Source of the DNA: Victivallales bacterium
GTDB lineage: Bacteria > Verrucomicrobiota > Lentisphaeria > Victivallales > UBA1829
DNA: 32,000 nt
Assembly (NCBI GenBank): GCA_045589595.1
Contig: JAZNPK010000043.1
Span: 82,623 to 114,622 of the forward strand
Direction of reading: 5' to 3'
A model generated the notes under the pieces. The model ran no database searches and was not told the origin of the DNA. It saw only the letters and a program-made list of their open reading frames with translations. Positions within the stretch are counted from its first letter, which is position 1. Each line of letters begins with the position of its first letter. The position numbers and the translations under genes are program-made. This document shows positions 15,108-25,000 of the stretch, piece after piece.

Positions 15108-16145
15108 TTACCTCTTTTCTTCCTGATTTATCATATTCCAGTCAAACAGAACGCCCAGTGGCGGATTTTTTGCTGAAGCCAGTTCGGCATACAGGGATTC
15201 CGCGTCTTCCGGCGATACGATGCGCCCGATCAGCGGGGCTGCGCACAACCGTCCCGCTTTCAGCAGCTTGAGATAGGTCCGGCAGTCATCCGGTTCCGTC
15301 CATGCACCGGGTCTGGATTCGATTTTCGGGCGGGAGTGGGTGTGACATCCGATCAGCTGTACGCCGCGGCGGTGAACATATTTATAGAAATCGATGTTCT
15401 GATCTGATATCCGTGTGCAGCCGAGTAATGCGATACGCCCTTCAAACGCAACATATTCCAACGCCTGCTGAAGTCCGGCGATGTGTCCGGTAACTTCAAC
15501 TACAGCCTCCGGACCTTTGCCGTCCGTGGCAGCTTTGACTTGCTGAATGAAATCCGGATCGCGGGGATCAAAGACAAGATCGGCGCCGAGTTTCTGCGCA
15601 AGAGCCCGCCGTTCCGGAGAAAAATCACATGCCATGACCGGACACGCTCCCGAAAGTTTTGCGATTTGAACCGCAAACAATCCCAGCAGACCGAGTCCGG
15701 CGACCATGACCGCTTCGCCAACTTCAACCTGCAGTTTCCGGATGCTCAGAAACGGAAATGTGGAAAGAAAGGCGAATGCCGCCTCTTTCATATCCACGCC
15801 GTCCGGGACCGGGATCACGTCCGATTCTTTCAGCTTTGTGTACAGGCAGTGAGACGCCTTGATGATCAGGATCCTGTCGCCGGGACGCAGACTCCGGACG
15901 CCGCTGCCCACCGCCGCCACATGGCCGGATGCACTGTATCCGGGATAAACGGGGAACCCGTCCTCAACGCCCCAGGTATTCGGAAGTGCTTTGTAATAAG
16001 CGAGTTCTGTTCCCGCGCTGAGAACATCCCAGTCCATCTGTGCGAGAATTTCGTTCTCAGCCAGAGTGCAGTCCATCGGTTCCGATCTGAAAGCAGCCTT
16101 TTCCGCTTCCGGAAGAAATACTCTTTTGTTCTCCATTATGATCAC
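15108..16145 (-). CDS. Medium-chain (zinc-type) alcohol/polyol dehydrogenase family protein
   Basis: GHVAAVGSGVRSLRPGDRI (GroES-like domain) and the Rossmann motif VAGLGLLGLFAVQIAK. GTG start at 16145, 5 nt after GGAG. An alternative ATG is at 16136. Confidence 0.8.
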   Translation of the reverse strand: MIIMENKRVFLPEAEKAAFRSEPMDCTLAENEILAQMDWDVLSAGTELAYYKALPNTWGVEDGFPVYPGYSASGHVAAVGSGVRSLRPGDRILIIKASHCLYTKLKESDVIPVPDGVDMKEAAFAFLSTFPFLSIRKLQVEVGEAVMVAGLGLLGLFAVQIAKLSGACPVMACDFSPERRALAQKLGADLVFDPRDPDFIQQVKAATDGKGPEAVVEVTGHIAGLQQALEYVAFEGRIALLGCTRISDQNIDFYKYVHRRGVQLIGCHTHSRPKIESRPGAWTEPDDCRTYLKLLKAGRLCAAPLIGRIVSPEDAESLYAELASAKNPPLGVLFDWNMINQEEKR

Positions 16146-16296
16146 ACTTTCTCCGGGAACCTCCGCCGATCCGGCAGAAATTCCGTTTTTTATACAGGAA
16201 GATTTTTTGTCGCAGAACTGTAATGCTTAACCGTTTCTCTTTCAAGTCCGGTTGACAGAAAAAAACAATATTTTTGTCTGTATCCGATCTCCCGGT

Positions 16297-16716
16297 TCAT
16301 TTGCCGTACAGCAGAAAAAGGCTCCCCGCCATGATCAGCCCGGTCCCGGCTGCGAGCTGCCATGTGAATTTTTCGTGGAGGAAGATCACGCCGAAAATGA
16401 CCACCAGCACAACACTGAGTTTGTCGATCGGAACGACCTTTGACGCATCGCCCTCCTGAAGCGCTTTGAAGTAAAAAAGCCAGGACAAACCGGTTGCCAA
16501 CCCGGAAGCGATCAGGAATGTCATATTTCTTCCGTTCAGGACTTTGAAATCTTCAACGCTCCCGGAAAACAGAACGATCCCCCAACTCAAAAACAAAACG
16601 ATCGTTGTCCTGACCGCTGTTGCCAGATTGGAATTCACATCCTTCAAGCCGACTTTCGCAAAAATCGCTGTCAGCGCAGCAAAAACAGCCGATGCGATCG
16701 CATAATATTTCCACAT
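16297..16716 (-). CDS. Small EamA-like (DMT superfamily) membrane protein
   Basis: 139 aa with four predicted TM helices. The N-terminus WKYYAIASAVFAALTAIFAKVGLKDVNSNLATAVRT is typical of single-EamA-domain proteins. Confidence 0.7.
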   Translation of the reverse strand: MWKYYAIASAVFAALTAIFAKVGLKDVNSNLATAVRTTIVLFLSWGIVLFSGSVEDFKVLNGRNMTFLIASGLATGLSWLFYFKALQEGDASKVVPIDKLSVVLVVIFGVIFLHEKFTWQLAAGTGLIMAGSLFLLYGK

Positions 16717-16737
16717 GATATTCTGCCCTGTTGTGAC

Positions 16738-18024
16738 TTAGTTACAGATATTTACTTGTTTTTCAGCCGGGAACAGTTCCATCAGTGCGGCGGAAAAAAG
16801 TTTCATGCCGCGCAGATCGGGGTGATTGATCCCGTTGGTCATACACGCCATATAGGGGAAACCCATTTCCGCCCATTCGGCATATTTTGCGGATGCATCC
16901 GCCAGAGCGATCCCGTTCTTTTCCGTAAAGTCGCGCAGGAAATGGACGAATTTCCGGGGATCGTCTTTGCAAAAACGGATTTCCCGTACGGTATGACCCG
17001 CCATCCAGGAGGCAAGGATCCAGTGAGGCGTCAGGATGATCCATTCTTTACCGGCGGCACGGAACGCTTTCAGGATCTTTTCATAAGCCGGGATGAATCG
17101 TTCAGGGGTGGTCCCGGCATCGTTGACAAATTCACTGACGATCAGGTCTGCATCCGTTTCCAGAATGCGTGACGCAAAATGGAAGGGGGAATCTTCTGCC
17201 GCGGCAAGGAAATCCATTGAGGTGTGTCCATCCCATCCGCGTGAGATCAATTCGATTTTGCAGCGGGGATATTTTTTTGCCAGAGCCTTTGTAAAAAGGA
17301 CCTGCCAGTGCTGATTTTCGGGCAGATAATTACATTCAGTAACGCTGTCGCCCCAGGCGAGGACCCGCAGTTTTTTTCCTTTACGGAGTTTTTTCAGCGT
17401 GCCGGGCAGCAGGGGTTCTGCGGAACCGGCACGGGGGAGACGGGAAAAGCGTTTTTTCGTGACCGGATAGATCATTTCTTCAGTCAGGCGGTCATAATGC
17501 CGGGAGTAGTAAATGTTTGCCAGCCGTTCCCAGCCCCGGGGCAGGGCGGGAACACGGGGCATGATCGGATGCGTTTTGCCGCAGATCACGCGGATCTCAC
17601 CGTTTTCTCTGTTCCGGATCACGGAATCGAGCCGGGAAAGACAATGATCGTAGGAGATGAAGACGGGCATCCCCTCCCGGATCTTTCCCTTTTCCAGACG
17701 CCCGGCACTGCCCCAGATCTCTTCACATTCATAATCTTTGCCACGTTTGAAGACCTTTCCCGCAGTGCTGCTGATGACCACGCTGCCGGGAATGAGTCCG
17801 CATTCTGTCCAGTTATATCCTCTGCGGGTGAGTGCCTTGAACGCATACGGCGCATTCCAGCGGGCGTCGGGATTGAAAACGGGCAGGGCTTCGCAATATT
17901 CTTTTTCCACATGGACAGGTTCCGGCGGGGTGAGTCGGAGCTTCCGGCGTTTTCCGTCAATGGAAAGATTCAGTGTCCAGGCTTCCTTCTGATCCGGCAG
18001 AAAAGCGATCTTCTCACTTGTCAT
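16738..18024 (-). CDS. SGNH/GDSL hydrolase with an N-terminal extra domain
   Basis: Block I LAWGDSVTE, block III EFVNDAG and block V GINHPD. The start is taken at ATG 18024-18022, preceded by GGAGG. The track's 29 extra N-terminal codons lack an RBS. Confidence 0.8.
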   Translation of the reverse strand: MTSEKIAFLPDQKEAWTLNLSIDGKRRKLRLTPPEPVHVEKEYCEALPVFNPDARWNAPYAFKALTRRGYNWTECGLIPGSVVISSTAGKVFKRGKDYECEEIWGSAGRLEKGKIREGMPVFISYDHCLSRLDSVIRNRENGEIRVICGKTHPIMPRVPALPRGWERLANIYYSRHYDRLTEEMIYPVTKKRFSRLPRAGSAEPLLPGTLKKLRKGKKLRVLAWGDSVTECNYLPENQHWQVLFTKALAKKYPRCKIELISRGWDGHTSMDFLAAAEDSPFHFASRILETDADLIVSEFVNDAGTTPERFIPAYEKILKAFRAAGKEWIILTPHWILASWMAGHTVREIRFCKDDPRKFVHFLRDFTEKNGIALADASAKYAEWAEMGFPYMACMTNGINHPDLRGMKLFSAALMELFPAEKQVNICN

Positions 18025-18375
18025 AAAAGACCTCCGTGTGATCGGTGATTTGTTTTTTTGTATCAGCGTTGCAAAAGGTTGAAAAAAAGGGACACCGATA
18101 ATATATACCACCGGAAAATTTTTGCAAGCGGCATCCGCCGCGGACCGGGCGGAAGTTGATTTTATCTGTCGGATAAGCGGAAACGCTCCGGCAGATGAAA
18201 AGCGGATAAAAAAAGCAAAAACGCTGTAAACAGTTTGATTTTTCAGAACGATGGTGTAAAATATCCGGAAGAACAGCGCGATGTTCTGCGCTTACGATCA
18301 CAACGATGCCGAATCTGAATTTATCCGCATTGGCGGATGGATGTACAGAGATCCGGTCAGACAGGGAGAAAGATA

Positions 18376-19191
18376 ATGAACAATTACAAGGATCTTTTCG
18401 TTTGGGGATATGTTCAGAAAACTGTCCCTTCCAGTATTCCGTTTGTGCCGCAAAAATCCTTTTGCAGTTTGGAGACAGCCTGCGACTATATGCATGCCGA
18501 CAGCGCAGTTTTTATGAATTCCACGCACGATATGGCGGAACTTTCTCCGGAATTGCTTCACTATCTTGACGGCAGGAATATTGTTTGCGGTCTGACGCAC
18601 GGCGCATACAGAGCGTGCGCGGAGAAAGTCAGTCTCATGTCGCTGCAGTTCCCCAATATCACGGGGGCGATCATCGATGATTTTCTGGATGAAAGCGGAC
18701 GCTATAAAGGTCCCAGTGCCGGAATGACGCCACCGGAATTGAAAGAGATCCGCGATGCACTGCGGAAACATAACCCGGACCTGAAACTTTATGTGGTCCG
18801 TTATACCCGGCAGAAACCGGAGGACCTGATCCCCTATCTGCCGTATTTCGATGTGCTGAATCTCTGGGTGTGGTGTTCCACAGAGGATTTTTGGACCGCA
18901 AATTACCGTGATACCATTGCGGAACTCATCTCACTTTATGATAAACCCATTATGCAGGGACTTTTCCTGCATCATTACGGCTTCAGAAATATCGGAGCAA
19001 GTCCCGCCATGGATATGGATCTGCTGGAAACCCAGTGCGACCGGATCAGTATGGAGCTGCATCAGAAAAATGTGAACGCATTATGTATTCTGCAGAACGG
19101 CTGGTTTTCCGATATCACACACCGCAAGCAGGTACAATTTCTGAAAGATTTTGTGGATTGGCATTACGGCACAACCACGGCAGACAGATAA
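18376..19191 (+). CDS. Hypothetical protein (271 aa)
   Basis: ATG 18376 is preceded by AGGGAGAAAG. Codon usage looks uniform and no motif is recognised. It is divergent from the SGNH gene. Confidence 0.6.
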   Translation: MNNYKDLFVWGYVQKTVPSSIPFVPQKSFCSLETACDYMHADSAVFMNSTHDMAELSPELLHYLDGRNIVCGLTHGAYRACAEKVSLMSLQFPNITGAIIDDFLDESGRYKGPSAGMTPPELKEIRDALRKHNPDLKLYVVRYTRQKPEDLIPYLPYFDVLNLWVWCSTEDFWTANYRDTIAELISLYDKPIMQGLFLHHYGFRNIGASPAMDMDLLETQCDRISMELHQKNVNALCILQNGWFSDITHRKQVQFLKDFVDWHYGTTTADR

Positions 19192-19230
19192 AAGCACAAA
19201 AACTTTCTGCAGATTTTCGGTACTGAAAAA

Positions 19231-19688
19231 TTATTCCAGCGTGAACGTAAAACAGTTGCGTTCATCGGTTTTCCACGCCTGACGCCGGGTGGAGGTGGAA
19301 CCGAAAAAGAACGGGGAAAATGTCGTAGCCTTGATGGTCTTGCGGTCCGGCATGAATTCCAGCAGCCGCAGCCATCCATCGCCGCCGTTTCCGCTGAACC
19401 CGCCGCCGATGCCTTGCGTATTGAAGACCATCTGCGCCACATCTTTGCCATCACTGTTTTTTGCCATCGAAAAACCGACGGAGTGTTCCCAGCTGTCGGG
19501 TTTGCTGACATGCCCGCAGACCACCAGCCGGATATTTTTTGCAGGATGGACCAGTTTCCGGAAGATCTCTTCGCCCGGATTGCCGCCATTATCCGCTGAT
19601 AGCTTAATGTGCGGCACGCATCAAGCAATTTCTGATCTTCCGGGCGCACCGGATAAAATGGTTGTTTTACTTTTTTCTTTTTTGCCAT
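19231..19688 (-). pseudogene. Truncated or frameshifted calcineurin-like metallophosphoesterase remnant
   Basis: Only the C-terminal third is present (NIRLVVCGHVS...GNGGDGWLRLLEFMPDRKTIKATTFSP). The N-terminal DxH, GDxxDR and GNHE motifs are absent. A short MAKKKKVKQPFYPVRPEDQKLLD start (ATG 19688) lies in a different frame, and frame B opens just after a TGA. Confidence 0.5.
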
Positions 19689-19972
19689 AACGCTCTCCAT
19701 ATAAAAATGATTTATGATACAATATAATGCATGTAAGTGGACTTTTTGCGTCCACCCTGTAAATGTTTTAGAGAAAAATTGCAGTATAACAGCATCATGC
19801 AGAAAAGATTTCCAATCGTGAAGGAAAAAAACTTTGGATTTTATTTTGCTGCCACCCGTCACTACTGTCCGGTAAAAATTACCGGAGTTAATTGAAATTG
19901 TCGGGAGTTGTTATATACTAAAAACGCTCAAATCTTTAATATTTAACACGAAAGTCCCGAACCACATATTAC

Positions 19973-20247
19973 TATGGCATATTTTCTCAACTTTTCAACT
20001 TCATACCCGATATCGTTTTGAAAAAATCGTAAAAAAGTCAGGCGGAGACTGATATTGCAAACATTTCACCGCATGGAAACAATTTTTGACTTTGCTTTTT
20101 GCTCAAATTTCCGGCAGGGATTCTTTGCGTGAAATTGAAAACGCTTTGCTTGCCAACCACAAACGCCTTTATCACCCCGGCATGGAAGCTGTGGCGAAAT
20201 CCACGCTTTCCGAAGCAATGAACCGCCGCAATCCGGAATTACGATAA
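19973..20247 (+). mobile_element. Decayed N-terminal fragment of an IS4-family (DUF4372-type) transposase
   Basis: Translation gives GIFSQLFNFIP, then a frameshift, then RYRFEKIVKKSGGD, an in-frame TGA, then YCKHFTAWKQFLTLLFAQISGRDSLREIENALLANHKRLYHPGMEAVAKSTLSEAMNRRNPEL. This matches the conserved N-terminus of these transposases. There is no DDE domain downstream, and the surroundings are AT-rich. Confidence 0.65.
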
Positions 20248-20334
20248 GACCGGAAGAAAAAAACAAGGGGTCCACACAAAATAAACGGAAAATCCGAAGA
20301 TCCGCCGGAGATTTCTGAATTTGCGCTGAAAAGA

Positions 20335-20628
20335 TCAGTTCTGTGTTTTCTGCGCCCGTTTCACCCGGGCGAGATAGATGTGGGAAAGGATCAGGTCCGT
20401 GGATACCAGTGCCAGATCCAGAAGATAGATCCAGATCAGCCATTCGTTCCATTCGCCTTTGATGATCTTGCTGCCGATGCCGCAGAGATAACCGCTGATG
20501 ATCAGATACTGGAAAATAAAACTTTTTCCCATGGGGTTTTTGACGCGGATCGTTTTTGCGATCTGCATCGGCCAACTCGCGCCGAAGGCGAGAAGCATCA
20601 GTCCTTCAAGAATTTTTGCGTATTCCAT
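20335..20628 (-). CDS. Small 3-TM PQ-loop / SemiSWEET-like membrane protein
   Basis: 97 aa with three hydrophobic helices. The motif SWPMQIAKTIRVKNPMGKS resembles a PQ-loop motif followed by a basic loop. Confidence 0.5.
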   Translation of the reverse strand: MEYAKILEGLMLLAFGASWPMQIAKTIRVKNPMGKSFIFQYLIISGYLCGIGSKIIKGEWNEWLIWIYLLDLALVSTDLILSHIYLARVKRAQKTQN

Positions 20629-20724
20629 TTTGCAGTGCCGCTTTCTCTGTTATGTTTATGCCATTTAAAGTAGCATAACATCTGCTTTTTTCAAGCGGAA
20701 AATCTGAAAGAGCGGATCTCTGCG

Positions 20725-21852
20725 TTACTTTGTTTGAAAGACTTCCCGAACGGCGTCCAGGTAGGCGGTCCCGTATTTCTGATCCGGCTCCAGATAACTG
20801 CCCTCGGTCCATTCATTCCAGCTGTTGATGGTCATAAACGGGTGCGGCTGGGATCGGGCTTCCAGTTTTTTACGGATATCTGCCAGTGCCTGTTTGAAGC
20901 GTTCCGGCGTATTGTTGACGAGGACACAGCCGTAGGGGTAGGCATTGGTTCCGGTCCACTCCGCATCGGCGCGGGTGCGCGGGGAGGTGTCCCAGCCCAC
21001 TGTCACATTGGGATAATATTCCAGCGGCGCCTTCGCCATAAAGTCGTCCATGAACTTGAAATAGCCGTCGCGGACAACACCGTAATCGCATGTGGGACCG
21101 GGGACCCAGACGTGATGCGCCCACACATAACTGGAAGTGCTGTCGAAGCCCAGCGCCGCCGCCAGTTCGCCGGGATCGGCAGGTGTGGTCTCGCCGGGCA
21201 GAACGGGTTTGCCCCACACGACCGCGTTCAGATGGACGCCCGGCAGTCCCGCATCGGTACAATCTTTCCGGAACTGTTCCAAGGCGTTCCGTGCCGCCTC
21301 TGTGCTGCCGAAGATCGCCACAAATTTTGCCAGTTCGTAGATCGAAAAATAAGGTTTGCCGTCGATGTGGAAATATTCCGGACGGCTGAAATAATTTTCG
21401 ATATGGATCCTGCAGATCTTCCGGAATGTTTCCGGCGTGACGAGTCCGCCGTAGAGAAGGGGGAAATTATTTTTTTCCGCCGGATGGATATCCAGCCAGT
21501 CGTGATTCGCCCACATGGTGCAGAATTTGAGTCTGTTCCGGTTGGGTGCATTGAAGAATCCCTCCTCAAGCGCCCGGTTCAGAAAGGGGCCGTCATCGTA
21601 GTGATACCAGTCGAAAATAAACACATCGATCCCCGCATCGGCGGCGGCATCGATCTTCTGCGCCATAGCTGCGGGCGATTTTTCATCGGTATAACCCCAC
21701 AGGGGGATCCGTGGCTGATGATGCCCTTCAAAACGGGGAACAGATTGTTTGACGACCTCCCATTCGCTCCAGTTTCTGCCGTGGAATGTTTCATTCCGCA
21801 TGTCGCCTGTATGGTAATTCGGGAAGTAATAACAGCCGAGTGTCAAGTCCAT
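20725..21852 (-). CDS. WbsX / GH99-like domain protein
   Basis: CYYFPNYH...WSEWEVVKQSVPRFEGHHQPRIPLWGYTDE...IDVFIFDWYHY matches my memory of the Glyco_tran_WbsX (GH99-like) N-terminal signature. Confidence 0.75.
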   Translation of the reverse strand: MDLTLGCYYFPNYHTGDMRNETFHGRNWSEWEVVKQSVPRFEGHHQPRIPLWGYTDEKSPAAMAQKIDAAADAGIDVFIFDWYHYDDGPFLNRALEEGFFNAPNRNRLKFCTMWANHDWLDIHPAEKNNFPLLYGGLVTPETFRKICRIHIENYFSRPEYFHIDGKPYFSIYELAKFVAIFGSTEAARNALEQFRKDCTDAGLPGVHLNAVVWGKPVLPGETTPADPGELAAALGFDSTSSYVWAHHVWVPGPTCDYGVVRDGYFKFMDDFMAKAPLEYYPNVTVGWDTSPRTRADAEWTGTNAYPYGCVLVNNTPERFKQALADIRKKLEARSQPHPFMTINSWNEWTEGSYLEPDQKYGTAYLDAVREVFQTK

Positions 21853-21949
21853 ATCTCATCTCCTGCGTTGGACGTTTTTTATACAGTAAAGCTCCGTGCG
21901 CGGAATGTCAAGCCACTGAAAAATTATTTTATTTTCCGGCATGCTGTTC

Positions 21950-21978
21950 TTGACTCCGGCGCGTTTATGTATTATAAT
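21950..21978 (+). promoter_or_regulatory. Near-consensus sigma70-type promoter for the large surface-protein gene
   Basis: TTGACT (21950-21955), a 17-nt spacer and TATAAT (21973-21978), 58 nt upstream of ATG 22037. Confidence 0.5.
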
Positions 21979-22036
21979 TATATTGCGGGATATGGTTTTG
22001 AACAGAGATGAAATAACTTTTTACGGGGGTAAAAAA

Positions 22037-25000
22037 ATGAGCCTGGAAAAAACATTGACAGTTGAAACGGTCGGGGATGCGGCAGAAATGGTTTCATCCG
22101 CCGCTGCAGTTACAATCGCCGCTTCCGATGCGGAAATCCTGCCGGATTCCGATGGCGGCGTGATCACCTCCGGGACCGTGACCACCATCGACGGTGTGCC
22201 GGAACTGGAATACATGCACGGCTGTACCGCCACTGTGATCGGTATGATCTTCGGTTATTACGACCGGAACGGGTACAAGGGCTACGATTTTTCCAACCTT
22301 ATTGACGGAAAAGCTGAACTTGATGCCAGAGGTCTGGACGGCAATATCCACGATATGGACGCCTTCGATACCAATCTGGGATCTGCCGTGGCTTCTGAAG
22401 AATTTGTGGCGCGTTTTGTCGGCACGACTCCGGCAAAGGAATTTCAGTATTCCTTCACCCAGTCCGGCAGCAATCTGTACCTGAATACATCCGCATGGAA
22501 CTGTATTGCCGACTATATCGGGACGGGGCAGTACTGGCGTCACAATACGGACAACTTCACGTCCCATTACTATGATACGCTCGCCGACATCAAAAACTAC
22601 ACATTCACGCTCGAAATTTCAGATTCCTCTACCGGAAAAACTGTGGATGTCCCGGCAAAATATGTTGATCTGCTCTACGGACTTGATCTGTACGTCACCT
22701 CCCGCGGATACAGTCTGGATGAAGATAAGACCCTGACCTCCTATGTCGATACCTACGAAGATAAAAACGGGACATTCACCTTCGAAGATTACAAGGCGGA
22801 GATCGATGCCGGAAGATGCGTGATCATATCCATCGAAGGTCATGCCATGCTCGGTTACGGATACGATGACAGCACCGATGAAGTCATTTTTGACGATACT
22901 TACAGACGGGATCAGCGGATGGAATGGGGCGGCAGTTACTACTATTCCGGCAGGTCCCGCGAAATGAGAAGCGTTACCACCATCGTGCTGGATACCACCG
23001 GTGAAAGTGCCTGGGTCCTGCCCGTACCCGATGCCCCTGAAAATCTCACTGCCAGTACCACCGCGCCGACCAATCAGAACGTGACTGTCACCGCCTCTTT
23101 CGATCCGGACGCATACGCCAACTGGTATTCGCTCAACCAGGGACAATCCTGGAAGCGCTATTACTCCTCCGGTGTTACAGTTTCAAGCAATCTTACCGTC
23201 AGTTTCAAAAGTACAAACAAAAACGGTGCGTCATCCAAGTCGGTCCATTACAAAGTCTCCAACATTGATAAAACTGCTCCGAATGCCCCCACGGTCGCCG
23301 TCAGCACCACTGCCGCCAATGTGTCCACGGTCACTGTCTCCGCCACATTCAGCAGTGATTCGGCGAAGAAACAGTATTCCTACGACAACTCTGTCTGGTA
23401 CACCTATCGCGGCAGCATCACGCTCTCCGCAAACGATACCCTCTATTTCCGGGGCATCGACGCTGCCGGAAATATTTCTGCTGTTGCTTCAAAGACCGTC
23501 AGCAATATTGCCGTTGCCGATGATCTGGAGAAACCGGTGATCACCGCCAGTACCACCGCCGCCACCAACAAAGATGTGATCCTGTGGGCGGATTCCGGCG
23601 ACAAGGCAGTGAAAGTGGAATATTCCAGAAACAATGCCGACTGGTTCACTTATGACGAAGCCACCGGCGTTTCCATGGCAGCCAACGGGACCGCTTATTT
23701 CCGCAGTGTCAATATTACCGGTGTGAAATCTGCGGTGACCACGTACAAGGTCACCAATATCGACAAAGTCGCGCCCACGGCGCCCACCACCGCTGTCAGC
23801 ACCACATCTTCCAATGTGAAATCCGTTACGGTCACCGCGTCTTACAGCAGCGATTCCGCCAAAAAGGAATATTCTTTCGACAAAACCGTCTGGCAGACGT
23901 ATTCCGGCGGTGTGACCGTGACCGAAAACAGAAGTCTGTATTTCCGCGGAACCGACGCCGCCGGAAACCATTCGTCCATCACTGCGCGGACCATCAGCAA
24001 CATTGCGGCAAATACTGTGACAACGCCCACGGTCACCGCCAGTACCACCAAGCCCACAAATCAGAATGTGGTCCTGACCGCCACATACACCACGGGCGGT
24101 TCCATTGAATATTCGCTCGACTATGAAATCTGGCAGTCCTGTCCCGCAGGCGGAAAACTGACCGTTACGCAGAATGCCACCATCTTTTTCCGCGGAGTGG
24201 ATAAATTCGGCAACCGTTCCGCGGCAAAACATTTCACCGTCAGCAATATCGACAAGACCGCACCCGCCAAGCCTACGGTCAGTGTCAGCACCTCGAAAAA
24301 GACCGAAGGGACCGTTACCGTTTACGCCGCTTTCGACAGCGATGCAAGTACCCGGCAGTACAGCCTCGACAACAAAACGTGGAAGACTTATTCCTCCGGC
24401 GTTTCCATGTCGAAAAACGGGACCGTTTATTTCCGGGGTGTGGATGCCGCCGGAAACCGTTCCGCAGTGGCGTCGTACAAAGTCAGCAATATTGTGGACC
24501 AGACCGCGCCCACAGGCGGCAAGATCACGCTGAAACAGACATCCGGCACCAGCGTTTCCGTTTCCATCAGCGGCTTCACAGACAAAGGCGGGATCGCACG
24601 TTATGACGTCTATCTGGCGGGTAAAAAGATCGGGTCCACCACAAGCACGGCTTATACCTACAAAGCCGCGTCCCAGCTCACCGGCACACTGAAATTTTCC
24701 GTGAAGGCGGTCGATACCTCCGGCAATGTGTCCGCCGGAAGATCCGCATCCCTGACCACAAAAAAATTCACCGTTCTGACCGTTGTCGGCACTGCCACCG
24801 AAAAGACCACGACTCTGAAATGGAATCCTGTCACGATGGCCGAACCGCTCAAGCAGTACGAGATTTCCATTGCGGGCGTGAAGAAAGTGTACAAGAGCAA
24901 GACCAACAGCGTCACCATCAAGAAACTGGCGGCGGGCAATCAGAAATTTACGGTGTACGCCGTGGACAAGGCGAAGAACCGCAAACTGGTTGCCTCCAAT

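Noticed and set aside
18025-18111. 29-codon N-terminal extension of the SGNH hydrolase
   Set aside because: The internal ATG at 18024 is preceded by GGAGG at good spacing, and the extension has no RBS. Confidence in this choice is moderate.
19164-19862. 232-aa minus-strand ORF spanning the phosphoesterase remnant
   Set aside because: Only its first 25 or so codons (from ATG 19688) look gene-like. The rest is an out-of-frame reading over the recognisable phosphoesterase frame, and the part upstream of 19688 is AT-rich intergenic sequence.
20648-20680. Inverted repeat TGTTATG-N19-CATAACA just upstream of the PQ-loop gene
   Set aside because: The stem is a 7-bp AT-rich pairing with a large loop, which is easily produced by chance in an AT-rich spacer. 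It may be an operator, but the evidence is insufficient.
20734-22011. 425-aa plus-strand ORF
   Set aside because: It is antisense to the WbsX/GH99-like gene and runs through the promoter region of the large gene. It has no motif and an R/G/I-rich composition.
21941-22036. 32-codon N-terminal extension of the large protein (track start 21941)
   Set aside because: The extension would begin inside the near-consensus promoter (21950-21978) and has no RBS. ATG 22037 follows a G-rich RBS.
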